A DNA stretch of 64,000 nucleotides from positions 160,001 to 224,000 of the forward strand of contig CAWHTE010000002.1 in assembly GCA_963832165.1 (NCBI GenBank), read 5' to 3'. The stretch comes from an uncultured delta proteobacterium. GTDB lineage: Bacteria > Myxococcota_A > UBA9160 > SMWR01. A model generated the notes under the pieces. It made no database searches. It was given only the letters and a program-made list of their open reading frames with translations, and was not told the origin of the DNA. Below are positions 33,640-44,433 of the stretch, piece after piece (positions within the stretch are counted from its first letter, which is position 1; every line of letters begins with the position of its first letter). The translations under genes were made by a program, and so were the position numbers.

Positions 33640-35504
33640 GCGCGCAGGCAACCGACGAAGAAGTTTCCCGCGCTCGTCTCTACGATCGACTCGTCGCGCT
33701 CGCCGGGCTGGCGCCGGAACAGCTCCACTTCGGCATCGTCGGGGCTCATCGAGATCACGCAGGGAATTCCGCGCGCGTCGAGCTCGGCGAGGTAGCGCGC
33801 GCGCAGGCGGTTGTTGTGGATCGTCTGCGACGGCTCGGGGTCGGGCGTGGCCGGCACGAGGTCGGCGAAGAAGTACCAGTGTCCGCGGCTGCCGATCGCG
33901 CTCGCCACGACGACCGGGCGCGTCCCGACCTTCTCGCGCAGGCGCCGAGCCGTGTCGAGGAACTCTCCGAGCGGCAGCGCGCTGAACACCGAGTAGGGCT
34001 GCGCGAGGTCGTAGCGGTATCCGACGCGGCCCGGAACCGGATCGACCTGCGCCCCGCGCGCCGCGAAGGCGCGGGCTCGTCCGGCCGGATCACCGGAGAG
34101 ATGCGCGAGCTGCTCGGTGCGCAGCGCGCCGAGCACGGGCAGGAGCATCAGCACGAGCACGGGCGACGAGGCGAGCCGGAGGTCGGTGCGCCGCAGCCCC
34201 GCGACGGCGGCCGCGACGAGGAAGGCGAGCGGCACGAGCATCGCGAGCACGTGCGACTCCTCGCTGCGCAGGAGCGCAGGTGCGTGGCCCGCGAACGCCG
34301 CAGCGGCGACGGCCGCCGCCGTCACGCGCCAGTGCCGCGAGCGGTGTCCGCCGAATGCGGCCACCGCGAGCAGCGCCGCCGCCGCGATCGGAACGGCGAG
34401 GAAGAGGATTCCGACCGGGTCGAGGAACGAGCCGTCGAACGGCATGTTCGAGAAGCCCGAGACGACGTAGCCGCCGACTTCGAAATAGCGCCGCACGAAC
34501 GCGCCGAGCGCGCCCGCCGACGCAAACAGCAGCAGCATCGGCGCCACTGCGAGCAGCGCGCCCGCACCGAACGCGGCCGCGATCGCGGCGACGCGCGCGA
34601 ACGATGCCGCGCGCGTCGCCAGCGCGAACGCGGCGAGCAGCGCCGCCCCCGCGACCCCGCAGCCGAGATTCTCCTGGGCGATCAGCGCGAGCCAGCCCCA
34701 GACGAGTCCGCCCGCGGCGAGGATCAATCCCTCGCGCGCCGAGAGCGGCGCATCGCGCGGCGGAACGCGCGCGAGCACCGAGCCGATCGTCAGCACGGCG
34801 TGGACCCCGCCCGCATAGCGGATGCAGGTGGCCCATCCGTAGAAGAACTCGTAGCTCCCGCCCGCGGTCGGCCACAGGAACGCAAACGGGGAGAAGAGCC
34901 GCAACGTCACGAGGCCCGCTGCGACCGCCGCCAGGGGGAAGAGCCACGCGAGCCAAGCCACAAGCAGTGCGCCGCCCGCGAAGTTCATCCACAGCCAGAA
35001 CTCGCGGAATCGCTCGAGCGACACACCGAAGTGTTCGAGGTACTGGACCGCGAGCATCTGCATCCCGGGCCCGTACTGCGTGCCCGACTCGAGGTAGAAG
35101 TCCTTCCCGGCGAGCAGCGCCTGGATCGGGCCGAGGTGGGCCAGCTCGTGCCACTCCATCGGACGCGCAGCCTGCTCGAGGTTCCAGGGTGGCCCGAGCC
35201 AGAGCGCGTAGACGGCGAGCGCGCCGAGCACGCGCGCAAACGAGGACGAGTCGCGCGGGGCCGCACCCACGGGCGAGTGACTCCACCACGCGCGGGACCG
35301 CACCGCGAGCAAGGGCACGAGCCCGAGCGACGCCACGCCCAGCCAATAGCCGATCAGCAGCCAGCGCCGGTCGTGGAACTCGTAGCCGAACCAGACGATC
35401 TCGGGATCGGGCCCGGGCAGCCACGCGCGCGCGGCGAGTGCGACCGCGAGCGAGCCCGCGAGCGCGACCAACGCCGCCGCGAGCGAGCGGTGCAGATGCC
35501 GCAT
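33627..35504 (-). CDS. Polytopic membrane protein, possibly a GT-C-fold glycosyltransferase
   Basis: More than 10 TM segments; first large loop WHE...LLAGKDFYLESGTQYGPG; soluble C-terminal domain. Confidence 0.55.
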   Translation of the reverse strand: MRHLHRSLAAALVALAGSLAVALAARAWLPGPDPEIVWFGYEFHDRRWLLIGYWLGVASLGLVPLLAVRSRAWWSHSPVGAAPRDSSSFARVLGALAVYALWLGPPWNLEQAARPMEWHELAHLGPIQALLAGKDFYLESGTQYGPGMQMLAVQYLEHFGVSLERFREFWLWMNFAGGALLVAWLAWLFPLAAVAAGLVTLRLFSPFAFLWPTAGGSYEFFYGWATCIRYAGGVHAVLTIGSVLARVPPRDAPLSAREGLILAAGGLVWGWLALIAQENLGCGVAGAALLAAFALATRAASFARVAAIAAAFGAGALLAVAPMLLLFASAGALGAFVRRYFEVGGYVVSGFSNMPFDGSFLDPVGILFLAVPIAAAALLAVAAFGGHRSRHWRVTAAAVAAAAFAGHAPALLRSEESHVLAMLVPLAFLVAAAVAGLRRTDLRLASSPVLVLMLLPVLGALRTEQLAHLSGDPAGRARAFAARGAQVDPVPGRVGYRYDLAQPYSVFSALPLGEFLDTARRLREKVGTRPVVVASAIGSRGHWYFFADLVPATPDPEPSQTIHNNRLRARYLAELDARGIPCVISMSPDDAEVELFRRQPGERDESIVETSAGNFFVGCLRAQPN

Positions 35505-35612
35505 TCCACCGAGCGGGATCGGACTCCGGACCCGCCGCGAGCAGCGCTCGCCCGAGGTCGCGCGCTGCCGCGAGCAGTTCGCGGGCCGGTGAAGCGAATC
35601 CCATGGACCCGG

Positions 35613-36458
35613 TTAGGGGAGCCCGGCTCCGGGCACCGACACCTCGACGACCTCGATCTTCGCGCTGCGCTTCGCGCGGCAATCCTCCGCCGCGAGGCTC
35701 TCGGAGGTGCACACGAACAGCGTGGTCCGCTTCGGACCCCCGAGCATGCACGCAATCGCCTGCGTGGCGACTCGGATCCGCTCGGTCACCTCGCCACCCT
35801 CGCGCACGCGCAGCACCTCGCCGCTCATCGGAGAGGCCACCCAGATCGCGCCCTCCGCATCGAGGCAGATCCCGTCGGGCACGGCCTTCTCGAGCTGTGC
35901 CCAGACGCGGCGGTTCGAGAGCGAGCCGTCTTCGGCCACGTCGAACGCGGTGAGACGCGAGCCGAACGATTCGCCCACGATCAACGTGCGGCCGTCGGGC
36001 GTGATCACGGTGCCATTCGGGAACGAGAGATCATCCGCGGCGATGCGCACCTGGCCATCCGGTGAGACGAGCGCCATCGCCGTCGTGCGCGGCTTTTCCC
36101 CCTTCGAAAAATCGAAGCCGAAGTTGCCCACGTACGAGCGGCCGCGCGCGTCGGTCACCATGTCGTTGCAGTGATAGGTGGCCACGCGCGAGAGATCGGC
36201 GACTTCGTGGAGCCCATCGGGGTCGAGGCGCAGCAGGCGGCGGTCTCGCATCGATACCACGAGCAGGCGGCCGTCGGGCAGCCAGCCGAGGCCGGAGGGA
36301 TCGTTCTCGACCCGCACGATCTCCTCACAGCGGCCGTCGAGATCGACCGTCTTCACGAGCTGGTCGTGCATGTCGGAGAACCAGAGCTTGCCGTCGCGCC
36401 AGCGCGGGCCCTCGGGAAACGCGAGGCCGTCGAGCAGGACGTCGGTCGTCTTCGCCAT
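35613..36458 (-). CDS. SMP-30/gluconolactonase/LRE family protein
   Basis: FPEGPRW, CNDM, FPNG, PDGICLDAEG. Confidence 0.92.
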   Translation of the reverse strand: MAKTTDVLLDGLAFPEGPRWRDGKLWFSDMHDQLVKTVDLDGRCEEIVRVENDPSGLGWLPDGRLLVVSMRDRRLLRLDPDGLHEVADLSRVATYHCNDMVTDARGRSYVGNFGFDFSKGEKPRTTAMALVSPDGQVRIAADDLSFPNGTVITPDGRTLIVGESFGSRLTAFDVAEDGSLSNRRVWAQLEKAVPDGICLDAEGAIWVASPMSGEVLRVREGGEVTERIRVATQAIACMLGGPKRTTLFVCTSESLAAEDCRAKRSAKIEVVEVSVPGAGLP

Positions 36459-36468
36459 TTTGTTCGAT

Positions 36469-36498
36469 CTCCGCTCGGCTCCGCCTTCGCTGCGCGCG
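36469..36498 (-). repeat. Variant GNA mini-hairpin element overlapping the RBS of the SMP-30 gene
   Basis: Minus strand CGCGCGCAGCGA-A-GGCGGAGCC-GAGCGGAG; central stem swapped (GGC/GCC) with a GGA loop. Confidence 0.7.
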
Positions 36499-36619
36499 AG
36501 GAACCGCTTGCGCGCAGCATACCAGCAGCGAGGCGCCGTGCAGCGACGATCGAATCGGCGATGGGCTCGCCCCGGTCTTCCGGTTACCCTCGCGAGTGAA
36601 GCGTCGAACCGGGGGATGG

Positions 36620-37069
36620 ATGCAGGCGGGCGACGAGGTGCGCGCCGCAGCGCAGCGGGATCTCGCTTTGCCGCCGCGTCGCGCGGCCGCGTGGGCGGCG
36701 GGTGTGTGGCTGCTCGTGATCGTCGTGCTCTCCGCCACCGCGACGATGAGCCCGCGCGTCGTGCTGCAGTGGACCCCCTACCTGCCGGGGCGCGACAAGA
36801 CGGGCCACTTCCTGTTGATGGGAGGATTCGCCGGGATCTCCGTGCTCGCGTTCGCGGGCCGGCGACTCGGAACGCGGCGCGTCTCGGCGCTCGGCGTGCT
36901 GGCGGTGGTGACGCTGCTGGTCGTGCTCGAGGAGTATCTGCAGGTCTGGCTGCCGCACCGAACGTTCTCGTCGGTCGACCTCGCCTGGAGCCTCGCGGGC
37001 GTGGCCAGCTTCGGCGCGCTCGCGGCCGGCTGGCGCGCGCTGCGGAGCCGGCGCAAGCCGCCGCGTTAG
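36620..37069 (+). CDS. VanZ family membrane protein
   Basis: DKTGHFLLMG, EEYLQVWLPHRTFSSVDL. Confidence 0.8.
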   Translation: MQAGDEVRAAAQRDLALPPRRAAAWAAGVWLLVIVVLSATATMSPRVVLQWTPYLPGRDKTGHFLLMGGFAGISVLAFAGRRLGTRRVSALGVLAVVTLLVVLEEYLQVWLPHRTFSSVDLAWSLAGVASFGALAAGWRALRSRRKPPR

Positions 37070-37100
37070 GTGGATCGCGGGCCGGCGGCGGCCCGCGGAC

Positions 37101-37444
37101 TCACGACCCGCGCAGCGGTACACGTCGAACGAGCGCCGACCCTCCGACGACGTCGGACCCTGGGGCACGATCGTGTCGCCCCCCATCTCGCTCGCTTCGT
37201 TGCGCGCGAGTCTCTCGAGCTCCTCGTTCACCTTCATCGGGCTGCGCGAGAAGAAGGTCACCCGCGTGCTGGTCTTGGCGTGGGTCGCGCCGAGCTTCTC
37301 GCAAGCACCCACCTGGGCCATCGTGCCGACCTGGATGCTCTCGCCAGGTGGTGTGAGCTTCACCCAGGTGCAGGCGCCCGCGAGCATGGCCGTGCCCGCA
37401 ATCGCCGTGATTCGCAACCCCAGTGCGATTCGTGTGTCGTGCAA
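37101..37444 (-). CDS. DUF4156-like small lipoprotein (stop codon out of frame as sequenced)
   Basis: Lipobox LAGAC-TWVKLT, C..LG, LARNEA..MGGDTIVP, DVYRC. RBS AGGAG. As sequenced, the ORF runs on to 36584 antisense to vanZ. Confidence 0.75.
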
Positions 37445-37581
37445 AGCTTCGTCTCCTGCGATTGGCCCCGCGCAGGGTAACGCACGATCGCGCGTATGCG
37501 CCGGCATGCCGATCACTGCGCGCATGGAGCGGCCGATCGCGCGGCGCTAGCCTGGAGCGTCGTCCAGGAGGATCCCCCCCC

Positions 37582-38769
37582 GTGGCATTGCTCGACTACC
37601 TCGCATTCGACTGCGACAACCACTACTACGAGGCGCACGACGCCTTCACGCGCCACGTTCCGCGCGCGATGCAGCCGCGCTGCGTGCAGTGGGCCGAGAT
37701 CGAGGGGCGCAAGTACCACGTCGTGGGCGGCAAGCTGTCGCGAGCGGTCGTGAACCCCACCTGGAACCCGATCGCGAAGCCCGGAGCAATGTACGAGTAC
37801 TTCCGCGGCAACCCGCACGGCCGCAATCCGCTCGAGATGCTGCGCGACCGCGAGCCGCTGCCCTCGCATTACATCGACCGCGACGCCCGCGTAGCGGTGA
37901 TCGAGCGTCAGCAGCTCGAGGCCGTGTGGCTGTTTCCCACACTGGGCGTGCTGTACGAGGAGCTGCTCAAGCACGATACGGAAGCCGTGGTGACGTTGGT
38001 CCGCGCGTTCAACCGCTGGCTCGAGGAAGACTGGGGCTGCAACTACAAGGGCAAGATCTACGCGGCGCCCTACATCTCGCTGGTCGACCTCGACTTCGGT
38101 TGCGGCGAGCTCGACTGGGCGCTTGCGCAGGGCGCGCGCGTGGTGGTGATGCGACCGGCGCCGATCTGGACCGCGCAGGGGCCGCGCTCGCCGGCCGACC
38201 CGATCTTCGACCCGTTCTGGGCGCGTGCAGCGGAGGCCGGGATCACCGTGGTCGTCCACGCGGGCGACTCGGGCTACACCACGCACGGCTACGTGCGCGA
38301 CGGCTTCGCCTCGGGCTTCGACGGGGGGAACAACTACAAGCCGTCGGTGAAGTCGTTCCTGATCGAGCGCGCCGCCTACGACTTCCTGATCACGCTCGCC
38401 TACGAGAAGCTCTTCGAGCGCCATCCGAACCTGCGCGTCGCGTCGGTCGAGAACGGCTCGGAGTTCCTCCCGGATCTGTTCCGCAAGCTCGAGCAGTCGA
38501 AGAACCGCATGCCGGGCTACTACGCGGAGGACCCGTCGGCGCTGTTCCGCAACAACGTCTGGATCAACCCGTTCTGGGAGGACGACGTGAACGAGGTGGT
38601 GCGCCTGCAGGGCGCCGACCGCGTGATCTTCGGCTCCGACTGGCCGCACATCGAGGGGATGCCCGAGCCGCTCGACTACCTGCGCGACCTCGCCCACTTC
38701 GACGCGGTCACGAAGCGCAAGATCCTGCGCGAGAACGGCGTCGAGCTGAACAACCTGCGGCCGGCCTGA
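37582..38769 (+). CDS. Amidohydrolase family protein (Amidohydro_2)
   Basis: [38 protein letters not shown]. Confidence 0.9.
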   Translation: MALLDYLAFDCDNHYYEAHDAFTRHVPRAMQPRCVQWAEIEGRKYHVVGGKLSRAVVNPTWNPIAKPGAMYEYFRGNPHGRNPLEMLRDREPLPSHYIDRDARVAVIERQQLEAVWLFPTLGVLYEELLKHDTEAVVTLVRAFNRWLEEDWGCNYKGKIYAAPYISLVDLDFGCGELDWALAQGARVVVMRPAPIWTAQGPRSPADPIFDPFWARAAEAGITVVVHAGDSGYTTHGYVRDGFASGFDGGNNYKPSVKSFLIERAAYDFLITLAYEKLFERHPNLRVASVENGSEFLPDLFRKLEQSKNRMPGYYAEDPSALFRNNVWINPFWEDDVNEVVRLQGADRVIFGSDWPHIEGMPEPLDYLRDLAHFDAVTKRKILRENGVELNNLRPA

Positions 38770-38771
38770 GC

Positions 38772-40250
38772 GTGGCGGATCCGATCCTCGTCGCGCGGAA
38801 CGGCGACGTGGAGTGCAACCTGCTGCCGGCCATGGCCAACCGCCACGGGCTGATCAGCGGCGCCACGGGCACCGGCAAGACGGTCACGCTACAGGCGATC
38901 GCCGAGGGTCTCTCGAAGCAGGGCGTGCCGGTGTTTCTGGCCGACGTGAAGGGAGACCTCGCCGGAATTTCGCAGGCGGGAACGCTGCCGCCGAAGGTGG
39001 CCGCGCTGATCAAGGAGCGCGGCCTGCCCGAGCCGCAACCGATCGCGTGCCCCGCGACGCTCTGGGACGTGTTCGGCGAGCAGGGCCATCCCGTGCGCGC
39101 GACCGCGAGCGACATGGGGCCGCTGCTGCTCGCGCGCATGCTCGCGCTGAACGACATCCAGTCCGGCGTGCTGAGCCTCGTGTTCAAGGTCGCCGACGAC
39201 AACGGCCTCGCGCTGCTCGACTCGAAGGACCTACGCGCGATGCTCCAGCACGTGGGCGAGAACGCGCGCTCGTTCACGACCGAGTACGGCAATGTGAGCC
39301 CGGCGTCGATCGGTGCGATCCAGCGCGGCCTGCTGCAGATCGAGGAGCAGGGCGGCGACCGCTTCTTCGGCGAGCCGATGCTCCAGATCGCCGACTTCCT
39401 GCAGACGGCCGACGGCCGCGGCGTGGTCAACGTGTTGGCCGCCGACCGGTTGCTCCAGGCGCCGAGGCTGTACGCGACGTTCCTGTTGTGGCTCTTGTCG
39501 GAGCTGTTCGAGGCATTGCCCGAGGTGGGCGATCTCGACCAGCCGAAGCTCGTGTTCTTCTTCGACGAGGCCCACCTCCTGTTCGAGGACGCGCCGGCCG
39601 CGCTCGTCGAGCGGATCGAGCTCGTCGTGCGCCTCGTGCGCAGCAAAGGCGTCGGTATCTTCTTCGTCACACAGAACCCGCTCGACATTCCCGATACCGT
39701 GCTGGCCCAGCTCGGCAACCGCGTGCAGCACGCGCTGCGCGCGTTCACGCCGCGCGACCAGAAGGCGGTGAAGGCGGCCGCGAGCACGATGCGCGTGAAC
39801 CCGAAGCTCGACGTCGAAGCCGCGATCGGCGAGCTCGCTGTCGGCGAGGCGCTCGTCTCCCTGCTCGACGAGCAGGGGCGCCCGGGTGTCACGCAGCGCG
39901 TGTTCGTGGTGCCGCCCGGTAGTCAGATCGGGCCGATTGCGAGCGAGCAGCGCAAGGCGCTGGTCGCGAGCTCGCTCGTCGCTGGGGCCTACGACGAGGC
40001 GGTCGATCGCGAATCCGCCTACGAGAAGCTCAAGGGCCGGGCTGCCGCGAGCGCCGACGCCGCGAAGAGCGGACCGGATCGCGATTGGAAGGATCTCGTG
40101 TTCGGACATACTGGACCGCGCGGCGGACATCACGAGGGTCTCGCCGAATCGGCCGCGCGCAGCGCGGTGCGCAGCATCGGCTCGTCCGTCGGGCGCCAGA
40201 TCGTGCGCGGTGTGCTCGGATCGATCTTCGGCGGCGGACGCCGCCGCTGA
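38772..40250 (+). CDS. DUF853/YjgR HerA-like P-loop ATPase
   Basis: [46 protein letters not shown]. Confidence 0.93.
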   Translation: MADPILVARNGDVECNLLPAMANRHGLISGATGTGKTVTLQAIAEGLSKQGVPVFLADVKGDLAGISQAGTLPPKVAALIKERGLPEPQPIACPATLWDVFGEQGHPVRATASDMGPLLLARMLALNDIQSGVLSLVFKVADDNGLALLDSKDLRAMLQHVGENARSFTTEYGNVSPASIGAIQRGLLQIEEQGGDRFFGEPMLQIADFLQTADGRGVVNVLAADRLLQAPRLYATFLLWLLSELFEALPEVGDLDQPKLVFFFDEAHLLFEDAPAALVERIELVVRLVRSKGVGIFFVTQNPLDIPDTVLAQLGNRVQHALRAFTPRDQKAVKAAASTMRVNPKLDVEAAIGELAVGEALVSLLDEQGRPGVTQRVFVVPPGSQIGPIASEQRKALVASSLVAGAYDEAVDRESAYEKLKGRAAASADAAKSGPDRDWKDLVFGHTGPRGGHHEGLAESAARSAVRSIGSSVGRQIVRGVLGSIFGGGRRR

Positions 40251-40275
40251 CTTCTACTACGAGAAAGGAACCCCC

Positions 40276-41187
40276 ATGATCGCTTCACGACGATTGATCG
40301 CCTTCGTTCTTCCGGCCATCGCCCTGATCTCGGCATCCGCCTGCAACAACGCGGCGAAGATCGCCGAGTACACGGCAAAGGCACAGCAGCTCGTGACGAC
40401 GTACTCGCCGCAGGTCGCCCAGCTGCAGACCCAGCTCCCGGATCTGCTGACGCGCGCTGGGGCGATTCCCGACGAGGTTCCTGGCGCGAGCGACGTGAAG
40501 ACCGCGCTCGGGACCAGTCAGGAGACGCTCGCGAAGCTCCAGTCACTGCTCGTTGCGCTGCCGGACCAGGTCGCGAACCTGATCAAGGAGCGCAAGACCG
40601 AAGAGGCCGACGCCGCGCTCGCATCCGCCACCCAGGCGCTCGAGACCGGCCTCTCGGAGGCGCAGGCCCATCTGGGCACGGCCACCGCGCAGATCGCGGA
40701 ACTCGAGGCGAAGGCGATCGAGATGGCGGGCTTCACCAAGGCGCTCTCGTCGGGGTTCGAAGTGAAGGGTGCGACGGACGGTCTCGAGAGCCAGCTCGTC
40801 GCATTCCTCGACGACAGCGCGCAGCCGATCGACAAGACGAAGTGGTTCACGTGCGACAAGCTCGTGTTCCGGGCGGAGGCGCCCGAGCTCGACACGGAGC
40901 AATCGAGCGGTCAGGTCACGAACATCGCCGAGATCCTCAAGGCGTATCCGACCGCGAAGCTCACGATCGGCGGATTCACCGACAATACGGGTACCGCTGC
41001 CGCCAACAAGGCGCTTTCGAAGAAGCGTGCCGACGCGGTGGTGGCGGCGCTCGTGGCCGCGGGCGCCCCGAAGGACCGACTCGTGGCCGAAGGCCAGGGG
41101 CCCGAGAACCCGGTGTGCGCGGCCAACGACACCGAGGAGTGCAAGGCGCAGAACCACCGCATCGCGGTCAACGTGCGGTCGCGCTGA
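40276..41187 (+). CDS. OmpA-family lipoprotein
   Basis: Lipobox SAC, helical N-domain, GFTDNTG...N..LS..RA..V peptidoglycan-binding motif. Confidence 0.88.
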   Translation: MIASRRLIAFVLPAIALISASACNNAAKIAEYTAKAQQLVTTYSPQVAQLQTQLPDLLTRAGAIPDEVPGASDVKTALGTSQETLAKLQSLLVALPDQVANLIKERKTEEADAALASATQALETGLSEAQAHLGTATAQIAELEAKAIEMAGFTKALSSGFEVKGATDGLESQLVAFLDDSAQPIDKTKWFTCDKLVFRAEAPELDTEQSSGQVTNIAEILKAYPTAKLTIGGFTDNTGTAAANKALSKKRADAVVAALVAAGAPKDRLVAEGQGPENPVCAANDTEECKAQNHRIAVNVRSR

Positions 41188-41188
41188 G

Positions 41189-42409
41189 ATGTCGTTCGAC
41201 ATCAACGATCTCGACAGCGACCCCGCTCAGCGCGAAGCCGAGCTCGCGCGGCTGCGGCGCGAGGATCCGGTCCACTGGGACGAGACGAACGGCTTCTGGC
41301 TGCTCACGCGCTACGCCGACGTGCGCGCCGCGTCGAAGGATCCGGAGCTGTTCTCCTCCCAGGCGAAGGGTCCGTGGCACACGTTCGACGTCCACTTCTC
41401 GATGCAGGCGCTCGACGGGCCGGAGCACCGCCGCCAGCGCGGCATCGCGTCGAAGGGGTTCACGCCGCGCATGGTGCGGCGGCTCAGCGAGACGGCGCAC
41501 GCGACGATCCACGCGTGCATCGATGCGGTCGAGGCGCAGGGCGCGTGCGAGTTCGTGAGCGCGCTCGCGGCGCCGGTCCCGCTGCGGCTGATCGCCGACA
41601 TGCTGGGCCTGCCCGCCGAGCACTTCGATCTGTTCCAGCGCTGGAGCGACGGCACTGCGTCCGCGGACCTTCAGCTGCGCAGCTCGCCGGGGTTCGCCGC
41701 GGATCAGGCACGGCTCGAGGCGCTCCTGCGCGAGGAGGCCGAGCGGCGGCGCAGCGAGCCGCGCGAGGACCTGATCAGCGCCGTGGTCGCAGCCGAGGCC
41801 GGCGGTGTGCTCGACTGGGGCGGCGCCGACTCGTTCGAGGGCTTCGCGAAGGACGACCTCGTCTCGTTCGCGCAGTTCATCCTGCTCGCCGGGAACGAGA
41901 CCACGCGCAACGCGATCTCGCGCGGCATGCTCGGGCTGATCGAGCACCCCGAGCAGTGCGAGCTGTTGCGCGCGCGTCCGGAGCTGCTCCCGAGCGGCGT
42001 CGACGAGATCCTGCGCTGGTCCAGTCCCGTGCGCGTGCTGCGCCGCGTGGCGACGCGCGACACGGAGCTGCGCGGAAAGAAGCTGCGCGAGGGCGACTCG
42101 GTGCTCCTGCTCTACGCCTCGGCGAACCGCGACGAGGAAGTCTTCGCCGATCCGTACGCGTTTCGCGTCGATCGCAGCCCGAACGAGCACATCACGTTCG
42201 GGCTCGGCCCGCACTTTTGCCTCGGCGCCAACCTCGCGCGCATGGAGATCGAGACGGTGATCGGCGCGCTGATCGAACGCCTGCCCGATCTGCGCCTCGC
42301 GCCGGGCGCGCGCGTGCGCGAGGCGCGCAACCCGATCCTCTCGGCGATCGAGGAGATGCCGGTCGAGTTCTCGCCGCGTGGCGAAGGCGGATTACGGCCT
42401 TTGGCCTAA
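41189..42409 (+). CDS. Cytochrome P450
   Basis: AGNETT, EILR, ANRD, FGLGPHFCLG. Confidence 0.96.
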   Translation: MSFDINDLDSDPAQREAELARLRREDPVHWDETNGFWLLTRYADVRAASKDPELFSSQAKGPWHTFDVHFSMQALDGPEHRRQRGIASKGFTPRMVRRLSETAHATIHACIDAVEAQGACEFVSALAAPVPLRLIADMLGLPAEHFDLFQRWSDGTASADLQLRSSPGFAADQARLEALLREEAERRRSEPREDLISAVVAAEAGGVLDWGGADSFEGFAKDDLVSFAQFILLAGNETTRNAISRGMLGLIEHPEQCELLRARPELLPSGVDEILRWSSPVRVLRRVATRDTELRGKKLREGDSVLLLYASANRDEEVFADPYAFRVDRSPNEHITFGLGPHFCLGANLARMEIETVIGALIERLPDLRLAPGARVREARNPILSAIEEMPVEFSPRGEGGLRPLA

Positions 42410-42415
42410 TCCGCG

Positions 42416-44428
42416 CTAGAGCGTCTTCAAGTACTCGATGATCGCGCGCCGCTCATCGTCGGTGAGCACGGCGCTGAACTCGTGGCCCTCGTTGCCCTGC
42501 GCGAACATCCAGGTGTTCATGATCTTGCGGTCTTCCATCTGGACGGGCAGCAGCGGCGGCGGGAAGAAGATGTTCCAGGCCAGCAGCACGTTGGTGTAGA
42601 GCGCTGCGAGGATCTGCTCGGCGAGCGGGTCCTGCTGGTCGGCCTCGCTCGGCATGCAGTTCACGTAGGGAGAGACGGACGGGGTCGTCGCGTTCTCCAC
42701 CTGGCAGGGGATCTCGTCGTAGCGCCACCCCACCTTCTCGGTGTCGAACGCGCGCGCGAGATCGGTGTCGTAACCCATGATCACGTTGCCGAGCACGTTC
42801 AGGATCGACGGGGCGGGAGCCGGCTTCGAGACGCGCTTCCAGATCCGCTTGCGATCTTCGGGCTCCAGAACCTCCCAGAGGTTGGGCACCGCGCCGTTGT
42901 GGAAGTAGGGCGCCGTCGCCCAGATGCCGTAGAGCGGCGGCGCGAGGTAGCCGAGCTCGCGCCCGGCCGGGCGGACCAGATCGCCGTTCTGCGGCCCGCA
43001 GTCCTGCGCGGTGTCCTTGGTGGGCGGATAGCCGAAGAAGCTGTCGCGTCCCGACGCCTGTACCGCCTCGTTGTTGGCGAGCAGCCGCTCAGGGTCCGTT
43101 CCGATGATGTCGAGCGGCACGATGTAGGCCGCGATCCCCTCGAGCTCGGGAGTGTCGAGGAAGGCGGGATCGTTGACATAACGCTTTGCGTACGCGCCGT
43201 GGCAGCTCGCGCACGAGCCGTTTCCCTCGGGCCGGCGCACCGGGTTGTCGCGGTCGGGACCCCACAGATCGAGCTTGTGGAACAGCTTCGCGCCATGCTC
43301 GGCGAGCGCGGTGTCGATCGGGTAGGGATAGGCGGGAGACTTCAGCGCCTCGACCCACGCGTTGAGATCGGGGCCGTTGTCGCGCATCCACGTCTGGCCC
43401 TCCGGCGTGATGCCGATGGTGGGCGCGTAGAACACGGCGTCCACGCGCGGCGTGTCCATCGCGAATACGCCGTCGACGAACTTCGCCGGGCGATGGCCCA
43501 TGTTCCACCACGCGGGCGTATCCAGGTCGGCCGTCGAACCCGAGGTGAGCACGCCCGGAAGGTTCGGTATCGCACTGGGCCCGGCGGCCGCGAACGCGAG
43601 GTTGATCAAGCTCGCGTCGTTGCGTCCGCGCGTGTGGTTCAGGTTCAAGAGCACCGCCGCGGAGGCCTCGTAGCCGAGCACGAGGAAGTCGCGCAGGAAT
43701 AGATTCAGATCGGCGAGGCTGCTGCCGCCGCCCCAGATCATGCCGGGCCCGTCGCCGTTCTGGCCCGTGCCGACGGTGCCGCTGTGGCACGCGTGACAGG
43801 TCACGGTGATCTCGCCGCTCCAGCCGCCGTACGGGCCGCCGCGCAGCTGCGTGAACATCTCGGGCAGGCGCCCCGATCCGCCGTTCGTGAGGTTCGGATC
43901 CTCGCCGGGCAGCGGGTAGGGGTTGGGATTGGTCCCGAACCCCGAGCCGTAGCGCTCCGCCACGAGCTCATCGAAGTTCGCCGGCCGCTCCAGGAAACCG
44001 CCCCAGATCCGCCAGACCTCGTTGTACGCGCTGGCGCTGATCGTCGACGTGCCGGTGCTCGGAGTGGTGCCCGTGAACAACCCGCCCGCATTGGAACTCC
44101 CGGTGTCGAGCAGCAGCTCGCCGCGGTAGAAGCGCTCGCGCAGCTCGCCGCAGGTCTCCGCGGTACCGACCTCCTGCACCGCTGCGGGATCGACGTGGCA
44201 GTTCTTCCAATACACGTTCATGTGTACGGCTTTGCCCGCATTGGTGCCGGGCTGCGCGAGCGTGCGGGGGTCGGGCGGAAGCGGAGTCGCGTCGGGCTTG
44301 CCTTCGCAGTAGTCCCACGCGAACGACCCGCCGCGAGCGCTGTTGAGCAGCGCGTCCGGCGGATCCTCGGCCGTCGCGGACAGCGGAGAGAAGAGGGGCA
44401 GCAGCGCGAGAGCGGCGATGCGCCGCAT
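42416..44428 (-). CDS. Rubber oxygenase-like diheme c-type dioxygenase (RoxA/RoxB family, probably RoxB-type)
   Basis: Signal peptide, about 670 aa, heme motifs CHACH and CASCH, MauG-like PYFHNGAVP, Rox-type segments PLPPDPR, NPYPLPGEDPN.TNGGSG.LP, PAWW, GHEF...IEYLKTL. Confidence 0.88.
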   Translation of the reverse strand: MRRIAALALLPLFSPLSATAEDPPDALLNSARGGSFAWDYCEGKPDATPLPPDPRTLAQPGTNAGKAVHMNVYWKNCHVDPAAVQEVGTAETCGELRERFYRGELLLDTGSSNAGGLFTGTTPSTGTSTISASAYNEVWRIWGGFLERPANFDELVAERYGSGFGTNPNPYPLPGEDPNLTNGGSGRLPEMFTQLRGGPYGGWSGEITVTCHACHSGTVGTGQNGDGPGMIWGGGSSLADLNLFLRDFLVLGYEASAAVLLNLNHTRGRNDASLINLAFAAAGPSAIPNLPGVLTSGSTADLDTPAWWNMGHRPAKFVDGVFAMDTPRVDAVFYAPTIGITPEGQTWMRDNGPDLNAWVEALKSPAYPYPIDTALAEHGAKLFHKLDLWGPDRDNPVRRPEGNGSCASCHGAYAKRYVNDPAFLDTPELEGIAAYIVPLDIIGTDPERLLANNEAVQASGRDSFFGYPPTKDTAQDCGPQNGDLVRPAGRELGYLAPPLYGIWATAPYFHNGAVPNLWEVLEPEDRKRIWKRVSKPAPAPSILNVLGNVIMGYDTDLARAFDTEKVGWRYDEIPCQVENATTPSVSPYVNCMPSEADQQDPLAEQILAALYTNVLLAWNIFFPPPLLPVQMEDRKIMNTWMFAQGNEGHEFSAVLTDDERRAIIEYLKTL

Positions 44429-44433
44429 CGGGT

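Noticed and set aside
38772..40250. HerA-like ATPase as an anti-phage system
   Set aside because: It is a typical YjgR/DUF853 protein, with no adjacent nuclease or SIR2 partner.
41749..41761. GCGCAGCGAGCCG in the P450, matching the repeat core
   Set aside because: Only 13 bp, and it encodes the ordinary P450 RRxEPxxDL motif; probably coincidence.
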